DNA of 64,000 nt from Takakia lepidozioides (lineage: Eukaryota; Plantae; Bryophyta), in NCBI GenBank assembly GCA_030704615.1, contig CM060732.1:4030001-4094000 (forward strand), in the 5' to 3' direction. Each line of letters opens with the position of its first letter. Position 1 is the stretch's first letter. Under the pieces are notes generated by a model. The model saw only the letters and a list, made by a program, of their open reading frames with translations. It was not told the DNA's origin and made no database searches. This document shows positions 50,457 to 62,352 of the stretch, one piece after another. The translations under genes and the position numbers were made by a program.

Positions 50457-53400
50457 ATGGCTCCGAATTCCTACGCTATAGTTTGCTGTCCTCCGCAACT
50501 TGGGAGAGCCTGGATCCCAAACGAGGGAGGACTTTGCAGAGTGACTGAAACTTACCTTTGTTCCAAATTCAAGCTCAAACCGGGCACAGTTTATTTGGAA
50601 GAAGAAAGGAAGGATGTTCCTGGACAGGTTGACGAGACCATTGTCGTGCTAGGTAACGACGGAGGTTGCGGAATCGAATGGCACGTTCCCCCGTCAGACA
50701 CCATCCTGTACCGAGCTGTGGGAATGCCCATTCCCTTTCCGAATCAGTCGCTGCCCACACCATCCACAAAGGAGTCCGGAAACCGAGAGGCGGCCACTGC
50801 CAACAGAGAGGTATGCAACGATAATCATTCCCGACCTGGACCGTCAAGACCCTCCATAGCTTCTCGTGTGGACGTATTCGACATTTCCGACGAGGAAGAT
50901 GATTGCATTGAGGTACCCATGTCCTCCACACGGTCGTTCAAATCCGGCATGGACGTCTCTGTAGGTGCTACGCATGTGCCCTCGAGCATAACTCCAACCC
51001 GGTCCATTGTGCAGCTCCTACGACAACATCACCTCGATGGTTCTCGCTCCGAGCTGGCTGCTCTCGACTATGCCAAATTCCCAGTCAGAAAGGTAACTTT
51101 TCTGCCTCCCGAAGTCGATGGCAATGTCATCTTCGAGTTTCCACCTGTTTCTTCGTCAAAGAAAGCCTCCGGGATGTTAACAGACATGGATCGAAAGCAT
51201 GACGGACACCCCTGGTGTGTGACGAAGACCAGTAGCACGAAAATTGCTGATGGTGTTCGTGTACGATATGTCCTCTGTGCGGGGAAGCTGAGGTGCCTCA
51301 ATCCCACCTGCTTCCACTTTCTCTCCAAAGGAGGGCGGAGAAACGAGACGGATTGGACTGGCACAACGCATCATCCATTCATTGTCTCCAGCCAAGCTCC
51401 TGCGGGTTCTTTCAAGTGTGCACATTGCAAAGAACCACCGACGTGCATGTCCATGTGCAGAGCCAAGCAATATTACGTAATCCATTTGCTCCCGGACTTG
51501 ACTAGAGCTTGCATACACGTTGGGGTCCACTGCCACCCCTTGGCGAGAGGCAACATGCGTGAGGCTGTGCAGGAAGCACACGACATCATAAAAGAGGAGG
51601 TGAAATTGAGCCCCGGAGCCAGACCAAAGCAGATTCAGCTGAAGGCAGCCCACAAGATTGCTCTTGGCAAAATCATGTCTGAAGATGGTTCCGACCGAGA
51701 GCCCTTGACCGAAGACGAGATGCGTGACCTCTTGGAGTCCGTCTCGCACGTTTGTAGTCCGAATGTGCGGAATCACATCGTATCTTGCAAGCAGGAGTTC
51801 GGCAGGGGGTCGGACATGTACTCAATCCTGGAGGTGAAACGAATGACTGGATATGACTACATCCAAGGTAGCAGGTTTCCAGGGCAAGGCAGCGAATCCG
51901 ATCGTTGTTACATTTTCAAAATGTCGACGTGTGGGCCTGGGAGTGGAGTCGACTTGGTCACTCGCATGACAACTGGAAACTTGTCGAATGCTTGGGTGAT
52001 GTTTGATCACATCAAGCGAATTACAAACCATCAGTGGGTGACTATGGGTGCGCATGTTTATGACTATCACTCCAAGAGGCTCATGACGATTGCAATCTGC
52101 GAGATGAAAGGGGAGGACACACAGTCCGAGATGCATCTGTGGGAGGGCATAAACGAGCAGATGGCAAGGGCGGGATTGCCAGAGCCCAATTTCAGGGGAT
52201 TCATGGCAGACAACGCTCAGGCCAACTGGGCAGCGGTGCGGCGTGTGTACGGTGAGGACCCCAATGTTCCAATGGAGGGGAAAGAGAGATCCTGTGGATT
52301 CCATTGGATGCAGAGTCTATCCCACTACACTACCAAATTTGTTGCTAGCTCATTCCAGGCTGAACACCGTGTCCTTTGTACGGCGTGGAAGGATGCACCC
52401 ACATTTGATGACGCGGAGGTTAAGTTTGCTATCATCGAGGCTTGGTGGAACACGTCAGGTGCAGTGGAGACAACCAATCTGGGAGCATTGCACAGCTGGT
52501 TGGGGTGGTGGCATTTTCGGTATCGACAGTTCGGACAGTACATGCGGGAGGTAGGCTGCTGTCAATTTCGTTCATTTGTCTTTCTGTTACGGACATTTCG
52601 ATTGGTCCCTCACCGTTGTTTGTGTCCTTCTAGGAGCGGTGCTTGGATTCCGACACGGACATGCCGAACACGAATATGGCAGAATCGGTCCACTCCTCCT
52701 GGCGAGCGTCTTCTGCCGCACATCTGGTGGACGTAGTGACGGCCACAACGGAGGACATCGACAGAGCAATCATGCAGCAAGCCACGTACTACAAGTTCCT
52801 GAGCGGCAAACAATGGGGCTTTGGGCCGGACAGGGAGGAATTGTTGGTACGAACAGCTTCGAGGTCCAAGAATCCAGTGAAATGGGCGACAGCATTGCGA
52901 GAGAAGATCAAAGGGACGCCTCTGCACCGCAGAGGTGAACACCTAGAGGGGGACGTCCGGACTCGCCCTGTCAGGCGGAGGATTGAAGAGGAACCCGGGT
53001 GCGAAGAGGATTCCTGGAGATCCGACAGGAACATTCGGACAGCACCTCGAGGTCCCGTCATGTTGCCGCACAATGTGTCTTCCAGCAGTGGAAGCCCAAG
53101 AAATTCCAGATCGCCGTCGCCTTCAACCGGGGATTTCGTGCAACAAATTCCCACCGCTCCCTTGCCCCACATTCCGCCCGCTGTTATGCAGTATGGCCAA
53201 GCCATTGTGGAGACGACTGTGTCTGCCTCACAGTGGAGAATTGCTCGCACAAAGCCGTCGTTTCGAGGAAGGTGTTCCGCAATTCGTGTGGATACACGGC
53301 AACGTTGTTTAGAGATGATAAGGAGGAATCCAGATGGGGCTGTCCCTGCTCCTACTTTTACAGGAAGATTTGTCCATGCAAAGTTTGCGGAGGCGACAAC

Positions 53401-54064
53401 CACCCAGTTCTGGTTCTGCAGGCACGACATTATGACTTGCGTGTATGGAAAGCCCAAGTACGGCATACAGACAATGCCAGAGGCTCCCCCGGTGTGGCCG
53501 GTGGAACCAGGCTGCGATCTGAGTCAGGTTGAGGCCGACGCCCTTACCGCCGCAGGATTTCGGATGGTGCAGCGCACTGACGTCCCCAGACAACCATTTC
53601 CGCTTCCACAGCCTCCACCACCGACCCCTGTGAGAGCAAGAACAATGGGACACGACAGCTCTAAGCATCCTACACACCGTTGGGGGAAACCGAAGAGGCG
53701 GCGACCTCCCTCAAAAGTGAACGAGACAAGGATGGGGAATGCACTTCGGATGAACTGTACAATCCAGAGCTCGACAGAAGTGCCCCCACCAGGATTCGGG
53801 CGTGTGTATCAGATGGCCACGGCGGGCTCAGCTGTTCGCAATGAGGTGTACACCATCACCATTTCAGAATTACCCACCTGCAATTGCACCGACTTCCAGA
53901 TCATGGCGAACAAGGGGGCATCATACTGCCCTTGCAAGCATTTGTACTACGTGTACCTAAAGAGACTCCGTTGTAATTCCACAACTCATCACTTCATACA
54001 TGCACCAGGGTTGAGCCCCCAGGAGGTTCACACTCTTCTGAATATGGATCCAGGGGACCAGTGA
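50457..54064 (+). CDS. MULE transposase (GCM-like DNA-binding domain, DDE core, SWIM), two exons, ~1174 aa, intact
   Basis: Exon 1 50457-52550, GT-AG intron 52551-52633, exon 2 52634-54064 in frame. WVMFDHIKR (D), FMADNAQA (D), CGFH (CxxH), NMAESVH (E) and PTCNCTDF..CPCKHL (SWIM). Confidence 0.88.
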
Positions 54065-54916
54065 GCTTGGCTTGCGGTCCACATACAATGGTACGCCCAT
54101 CGGATAGTAGAACTGTACTGCTGCCAGTACCTCAGACTCTGGCCACACAAAGGTCCGACATATGTCTTGCCTACCAGTAACCTGTTTTGATCGAACTAAG
54201 ATATTACTATATCGTTCACTTGTTTCCACGTGCATGTATTTTTGTATGTTGGAGGGTTCATGTTTTTCTGCTTTCCGAAAACTTGCTCTCCTCATTCGAC
54301 CTCCGACAAGGAAATGCGGCGCCGAATTTCCAAGTATCGTCGTAGGTACCCCCAGAGGCGGCCTTCGCCAACACCAAACCGCTCCGAAATTTCGCACGTG
54401 CGAACCCTAATGCGGCACCCTATTTCCCAGTTCAGTTGCAAACCTTTCCCGCCGAATACCCGAAGAAGACAGAATTGTGAAGTACTGCAGACTGTATTGG
54501 TGCAGACTCCATTGGTTCAATCGCGGCAAAAGGGTCAGCTTCATTCCAATGTTAAGGCATGTAAACCGCGGAATACTCTATACAGGCCAGTATGCGACGT
54601 CCTTTTGCAGTGGTATACTGGATTTCCCGTTGCACGGTCACTTATTTCCATGAGCGGATCTATAAAACCATGAGCGGACTTGTTACTGACGACATATCTT
54701 CGCCGCATTACATGATCTGGAACGTCCAAAAACGGCAAGGTCAAATAAAAAACTATTATTTTAATACTTGTTTAATCTGCCGCATTTCCAAATTTGGAGG
54801 AGTCCGCTCATGAAATCCGCGTATCTTAGACTTCGGCTCACCGCTCATGCGGCTCATGCGGCTCATGGCTCATGGCTCATGGTTTCTGCTCATGAAATAG
54901 TAAACCTCTTTCGTGG

Positions 54917-57037
54917 TGCTTTGCCTTCCACCGGCCCTTGTGCTGACCTAAGGTGTATCCACCAAGTTGCTTGTGGCACCCCTGAGAGTCTGCTCCTCTG
55001 TGAGCCTGTACACATCTATCTGCTGCTGTAAAGCCTCCATGCGCTTCGCATGAGGTTCAACCAAATTCGCATATGCAGCAGCCAGATTATTGGCTTCCTT
55101 CCAAGCCTTGTTAGCCACAGAGAGTTCATTTCTATTTACCATTAGCGTTTGTTGCAACTCCAGGATGTACCTCTCTTGGTCAGCTTCAACCTGCCTGTAT
55201 TGCTTGAAAGTATTCTCATTGCGACAAATTGTATTCTTCATATCAATAATGAGTTTTGTCTGCTCGACATTATCTGCCTGTGCCTTTTTATACATTTCCG
55301 CTTGCTGTTAACTTCTAATGTAGTTTGCTCAAGCGTAGGTTGTGAGTGTGCACATTGTATGGCCATCTTGTCATGCACTGTCTGCAACTCCATATGTAGT
55401 GCATCCACTTCTTGCAACTTGGTTTCATGCTTCACCTGCATTTGGTATAGCTGTTGCTTATGTGCTTCGTGCAACTGTCTTGCGCGAGGTCTGCCTCAAT
55501 CAATTGTTCCTTGGCCAATTGCAAAGCAGCTTCTGTACTCTCTAAGTCTTGCTGTATCTTGAAAGTGACCTCATCATCGACCTTGTGTGCACACTCAGTG
55601 GCAAGTCGAGCCTCAAACTCCTTCCTGAGTTTCCTCCCTTAAAGCTGCCCAATGGGGTAGTTGGAACATGGGATTTGACATAAGTGCCCAACAAATTAAG
55701 TGTCCTGCTTATGGAACTCATAAGCATGGCCTGTTGAGGGTCATCATGGTGAGCTTGCTACTGTTCTCCCTGATCCTCAACAGTTTGATGCCTCACGAAC
55801 CATTCAGGCCATTGCCCCACCAGATTTTCTTCCTGAACCACTTCATCCGTCACAGGTGCTGCACTGTCTTGATATTCTACCTGTGGTACCTCCGTCACAG
55901 GTGTGGATATTATATGCACAGTAGGGTTTCCCCTGGACAACCGCTGCACCTCTGGAATCATTGTTTCCCTGACCAAGCCAGAATTTCATAGAGAAGGTCC
56001 CCTTCTCAATTTCTGCCACCACCTGTTCTGTAGTGGGGATATCTAACCCTTCTTTCTCCAAATCAATTATTTGTGGTGGAACTGCATGGACAACTTGTGG
56101 TAACTCTGTGACAAGCCGATCATCTGGCTGTGATGGCTGTGATACAGTAACCTCCTGTTCTCTCTCCATAGGTTGCGTTGTTTGTACCCACATCTCTCTG
56201 TGCTGTTGTGCCCCCTCTTGCACAAGAGTATGAGTAACTTCTTCCTCTGTCGGTCTCGTAGCCAATGGTTCTGCTTCTAATGATCCCTTTCCTCTGCCTC
56301 TTAGGCTTGTTGATGCTCTGCCAATCCCCTTTCACCCTGTGAAGAACCTTGCTCTTCTATGGCAGTGGTGTGTCTGTCTCAAACACTCCCATCTCCTTCC
56401 TTTCTCTCGCATCAAGTATGCACGAGTCTAGAATAATTGTGCAATGATTGGCCCAGACACTATGATAGGAGATTTTGCGGCAGTGCCTTGTAATCTCTTC
56501 ATCTCCTCTACCAATTTGTTGTACATTATGTCCGCCCATGCTACCTCTTCTCCTCTCAGGGCTTTGAGTATTTTCTCTGTGAAGGATCTACTCAAATACT
56601 GTTGGTTCTGTTTCATGGCAAACAGAACGTTCAATACCTTGCCTACCTCCCTTAGCCCTGGGTACACGGCCTTGTACAAGCATAACCCCGAGTTTTAAAG
56701 AAACTCCCTTCTTGGAATAAGTCCCCTATTTGCAGTCTTGCCCTGTGCTCCTCCACATGCACCTGACCTGATGGCAATTCAAACAATTGCTGTAGGTATA
56801 GGGAGTAACTTCTAATTCAACTCCCTTCACCGTTGTTGCTCCTGTCCTAGGCTCAAAGTTCTGCAAAAATTGTAACATGTACTGCCTATGGTGCAATGTC
56901 CAATCTTTGCTTTGCAATCCTTCTAATCGCAGCTCCTTCAGTAACTGTACCGCCTGTGGAGTAGCAATCGTTTTTTGTTTCTGCAGGATTGTGGTGCTCT
57001 TCACCCTGATTTCTTCCATTCCTCTCACTCTCTTCAT
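54917..57037 (-). pseudogene. 5' part of the retrotransposon extra ORF downstream of integrase
   Basis: Consecutive minus-strand fragments: 56726-57037 (MLQFLQNF..VKGVELEVTP), 56428-56679 (ALRGEEVAWADIMY), 55843-56265 and a coiled coil at 54948-55474. Confidence 0.55.
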
Positions 57038-57729
57038 TCTAGACCCACAGAAAGGTTTTGGCTATAACAATTGAAGAAATGCCTGCAGGGCATAAAGCAT
57101 AAACGTATGGTTGCCACAAAATGCTATGGGTAATTTATTGTAAGCCTGCGGGGCTTGCAAGCATCGATTAAGAGAAAAGACACTCTCTGTTCTTCATCCC
57201 CGTGCCACTGCGTAAGTAGTATCGCGAGCGTATAGTCTGTTAGTTCCTCCATAGCTTCAAAGCTATAGCATTGATGGTTGTCCCGTCTAGACGCCCGTTA
57301 CTTGGAACGATGCCGACTCTTGCGCTTAAAATCCCTCCAATTTCTTGATCCTGCTTCTGGCTTATGATTGGCTGTAACTGCTGTGACTGGATTTTAGATT
57401 TAATTTCCTTTCATGGATTTTCCACTCTGGACTGTCTACTAGGATAGCACATGTGACATGGATTTCGCTTTTCGGTATTTTTAAAGGGTTCCGTTACCCT
57501 TTCCCTGTATGCATTAATGGGCCCATAATAAGTTAATGTGTCGGGTAGGTACTTTGACGCCATTTTGTCTTCTTCTTGATGACACTGGCTTGCACTCCAT
57601 GTCCGGCTGTGTGTCTCGCCCTGGCGTCCACGTGTTATTTTAAACGTGCTCCGTCCACTTTTCCGCCGGCCACTCTCCGGATGTTTAACCCACGTCCACC
57701 TGTCACTGATATATGGATTGTGTAACCCC

Positions 57730-57890
57730 AGTAGGCTGTGTCGAGCTGTGACAGGCTGTGTCACTGTGGTACGCTGTGATAGGCTGTGTAGCACTGTGGT
57801 AAGCTGTGATAGGCTGTGGACACGCTGTGGTAGGTTGTGATAGGCTGTGTCGTGATAGGCCACGCTGTGATGGCTGTGATAGGCTGTGTC
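57730..57890. repeat. GGCTGTG(AT) tandem repeats after integrase
   Basis: Repeated aggctgtg/gctgtgat units; same motif as inside the LTR. Confidence 0.7.
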
Positions 57891-57899
57891 GCGCTTGTG

Positions 57900-60800
57900 T
57901 ACTGTCCGCCCTGGTCATATACGCTCGCCTAGCGACAAGTGCTCCATACTCCGTTGGTATCACTGGCGCAGCCCGTAACTGCTTCTGCGTTTCAACATGC
58001 AAATCATGCTGCAATGGTTTGTCATAGATACCACTGTACCCCTTCAACTTATTGGCATTGACTCTTCCCAGCATCTCTTTGTTAATGGTTTGTAACATGG
58101 CGGTGTTGTTATCATACATCTTCTGTATGACATAAGGTCCTTTCATGGTGATTTAAGCTTAGAAGCTTTAATCTTTCCCTTCTTCTACAACCAGAGAACC
58201 AAATCTCCCGTCTTAAAAGTCTTTAACTTGCCTTCATCAAACTGTTCCTTCTCTTCATCTGAATTCTGGTCATGTTATCAGCTAAATCAACACGTACTTC
58301 TTCCACATGGTATAATTCATGTTTCCTGACCTTAATTGAATCTTGCAATTCCATTCTCTTTCCCCATTCCGTTCTCATGGTAGGTAACAGGAATTCCACT
58401 GGAAGTAAAGCTTCCATACCATAAACTAATTGGAATGGTGTATACTTAGTGGTGACTTTATATGAAGTCCTGTATGACCACAAAGCTGTCAGCAGCTTTG
58501 TATCCCAATCCGTTCTGTTTGCATTGACTATCTTAGCCAAGATAGTACATAGTATTTTGTTGGTAGCCTCTGCCTGCCCATTACCTGTGGGTAATATGTT
58601 GTACTCTTCCTATGCACAATCATGAACTCTTTAGTCAATAGTTCAATGGTCTCATTAATGAAGTGACTTCCCTGATCACTGATAAATTCCAAGGGACAGC
58701 CAAATTGTGTAAGTATGTTCTCATACACCTTGCTGTGGACTTGGCTGTGTTGTCCCTCAAAGCTTTAGCTTCCACCCACTTCGTAGTATAATCAGTGGCT
58801 GTAATTATGTACCTGTTCTGTGTATTCTTGGCTGGTGGGTTAATTGGTCCAACAAAGTCTAGTCCCCATTTCTGAAATGGTTCCGTAGGCATTGTAGGAT
58901 GCAAAGCCATCTTCCTAGATCTCTGCAAAGGTCCTAGCCTCTGACATTCATCACAACTCTGACAATACTTGTGTACATTTTTGAACAAAGTAGGCCACCA
59001 GTAACCTGCCAGTAGTATCTTCCTACTGGTAGTCTCTTCTCCAAAATGACCTCCAGCCACTCCTTTATGAACTTCTTCCAAAACTTTATTTACTTCGGTG
59101 GTACAAGCATCGTTTAAGTACTCCATCAGGTCCTAGCTTATACATTCTGCCTCCTACCATAGTATAAGGTAGAGCCTTGATAGCGATTCTCTTCCTCTGC
59201 TCCTTACCATAACTAGGTGGCCATTGACCATGAGTAAGGTAGTATCTGATTGGCCACTGCCAATCTAACCATTCATCTGCACTTCCTTGCACCTCCATTA
59301 CAAATCAACTCGCATCAGGTAACTGATCATCTACTCCTATGGCGGCCTCTCCCGTTGTTAGTCGTGACAAATGATCTGCCACAAGATGCAAACGGCCAGG
59401 CTTGTAAACAACTTCGAACTCAAACTCGTGCAAGATTATTAACCACCTCGCTATCCTTCCACTTATCAAAGGTTTGTTCACCAGATATATCAGAGCCTGG
59501 TGATCCACATAAAACATAAACTTTCTTCCCAATAGGTAATGCCTGAATTTCTTGACTGCATAAATCATTGTCAGTGCTTCTCTTTCAGTTGTGCTATAAT
59601 TCCTTTCAGCACTGTTCATCAACCTGCTAGCATAGTACACAGGTGAATCTATATTTCCTGTAACATTCTGGGCTAACACTGCTCCCAACGCTTCTCCTGA
59701 GGCATCACAGTGAACATGAAATACCATATACCAGTGAGGGTTAATCAGCACAGGTGTAGTTGTTACTGACAATGTAAGTTTCTCAAAAACCTGTTGACAT
59801 TCAGCTGTCCATGCAAACACTGCATCTTTCTTCAGAAGCTTGCTCAATGGTGCTGCTATCTGTGCATACCTTTTGACAAATCTTCTGTAATAACTGGTTT
59901 GCCCAAGGAATCTCCTTAGACTCTTAACATTTACTGGTGGTGGAGAGGCTTTAATGGCCTCTGTCTTCCTGGGATCCACAAGAAGTCCCATCTTACACAC
60001 AATGTGTCCCAGAAGTACCCCTGAGTTCACACAAAAAGTACATTTCTCTGGATTCAGGCCTAGACCTCTCATTCTGCATCTGGCCAGACATAACTCCAAC
60101 TTATGCAAGTGCTCATTCTTAGAGCTGTACACAATCATCCAAGAATACCTGCATGAAATCATCCAGATACTCATGAAAATATTCACTTTTCACTCTCTGA
60201 AAGGTTGCTGGTGCATTACAAAGTCCAAAGGGCATGACTTTGTATGCATAAGCACCCCAGTCTGTGATGACAGTTGTCTTTCCCTGGTCTTCTTCTGCCA
60301 CTTGCACTTGATTATAACCACTGAAGCCATCCACGAATGAGTACATCTCATGGCCTGCCGCAGTGTCCAATACTGCTTCTGTGAATGGCAGGGGGAATGG
60401 ATCCTTCTTCGTGCAAGCATTCAACTTCTTATAGTTCACACAAACTCTTAGTTTACCATTCTTCTTGGGAACTATCACAATGGGTGACAACCAAGTTGTA
60501 TACTCTATTGGGTATATAAACTTAGCCTCAGCCAACTTCTTGATCTCTTCTCCAACCTTCTGTGCATAGTTGGGATTCATTCTGTACCTCGCCTGCTTGA
60601 TTGGTACTGACCCTGGTTCCAGTTCAATCTTATGCTGACAGATCTCAGGTGGTATCCCTTTTAGATCCTCGTAGCTCCAAGCAAATACATCTCTGTATTT
60701 GATGAACAAACTCTTAGCTTCTTCAAAGAATTCTGGCTCCAAATCAGCTCCTACCTTCACCATCCTTGGTTCCTCTTTAGTTCCCACATTCACTTCCCTC

Positions 60801-62053
60801 ACCTGCTCATCAGCTGTGATTGTCCAACCAATCACTACTTCATCCTGTAAACTCACAGTGGTTGGTTCCTCTAGGATTTCCATTTCTCCTTCTCTTTCTT
60901 CATAGAAATGTGATGGGTAACTGCTGGTTTCCTCTTCAATTGGTGTTGCTGACACTACACCAGCAGATACCTCTTAAACAACTTAGGCCTTCCAGCCGCA
61001 TCTCTGCAACCTGCTCCCACTCTGGGTGTGTAGCGAATAGGGTAGCTTCCTGCTCCTCATCCAGTCCTCCTCTCCAGTCATACTCTCTGACCCCTCGAGG
61101 TCTTCTCGTAGCAGGTAATCTACTAGATTTCTTAGTGGTAATTTGTATCTCGTGCATCCTATTATGCACAGTTAGTAACTGAGAATTCCAGTCATGGAAT
61201 ACCCTGGCCTGTTTCAGCCACGGACGTCCCAATAATAAGGAGTAAGCCTCCATGACTTCATCCATCTTCAACACAGTTACTGTGATCATAAAGATCATCT
61301 TCTGTATCTGTATCTTAACTCCTCTTATCAATCCCAATGGCTGTACACTCTTTGATCTGCCATTGTTACTGTAAATGGGGCTGGTTTCATGTTACTTAGA
61401 CCAAGCTTCTTTCTTAATTGGTCTGTCATGATATTTACTCCAGAGCCTCCATCTATAAGTACATCAGTTAGTTCTGTGCTTCCAATTCTCAATTGGATTA
61501 CTGGCATAGAATCATCAAAGTCCATGATTGTTTCTCGCCCTTCCGGCTTCACATTATAACTGGTCACCTTGCTGTTCAGGTCTGTGTTTCCTGTCTCTTG
61601 GGCAATTCGATTGATTGCTTGATACAGCCTGTGTCTACAATAAGGTGCCACAGCCAATAGCTGTCCAATGGTAATCTCTGCTTTGGTCTGGCATATTACT
61701 TCAGCCAAAGTCCCTTCATTACTTTGCATGTCTGCAACTTCTTTCTTCCTTTCATCCTCACTCACTTCTTCTTCTCCATCAAAATCAGAGGAATCTGCCA
61801 CAGGAATATCAGTACTCTTCTGCATTTCCCTTATGGTATCTGCCACTTCCTTGTGCAGTTCCTTCTCATCTCTCCAAGCCTCATCATCTTTAGGCATATC
61901 ACTGCCATCTTCATTATCATCATCTTCCTCAACTACTGGAGGTATTAGTTTGGCTTTGCTTCTTGTTACTATCATTGTACTTATTTCTGGTACAACACAT
62001 GGCCTAACCATGCGAGCTGCCACCACTGGGCCCTCATTCACAGGAGCTCTCAT
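57900..62053 (-). pseudogene. pol: pol: aspartic protease, RT, RNase H, integrase (frameshifted)
   Basis: VLIDGGSGVN (PR); WLSPIVIVPKKNGKLRVC, MPFGLCNAPATFQR and VFLDD (RT); HCDASG, YSTTEREAL (RH); GGHFG..CDECQR, WGLDFVGP, ISDQGSHF (INT); GPY motif. Confidence 0.9.
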
Positions 62054-62352
62054 CTCATTCTGGTGTCTAATCCAGAATGAACAGGCTGCCTTGCGATGTC
62101 CTGCTGATTACAATAGTAACACAGTTATTCACCATTGGGTCCTCGCCCTTGGTCTGCTCTTGGATTATTTCTGTAATCCTGATTCCCTGGCTGTTAATTC
62201 CCCTTGGATTACCCTGATAGTTGCCTCTGGAATTTCCTTGGTAATTCCCTCTTGAATTACCTCCCCTTCCATGCCATTGTTATAACCACCAGGTCTACCA
62301 TAGTGGTCCTGATCACTGTTTCTTCTTGGCTGGGGCTGCACTTGATGCACCC

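Larger units (their letters stand above)
40257..54908 (+). mobile_element. MULE copy E (14.65 kb), apparently intact and potentially autonomous
   Basis: Ends gggggctgctatttcatgagcc... and ...gctcatgaaatagtaaacctc. Perfect TSD tttcgtgg (40249-40256 / 54909-54916). Confidence 0.95.

Noticed and set aside
57900-62350. Programmed frameshifts in pol
   Set aside because: Too many scattered breaks; decay or indel sequencing errors are more likely. The same caveat applies to the lesions in A and C.
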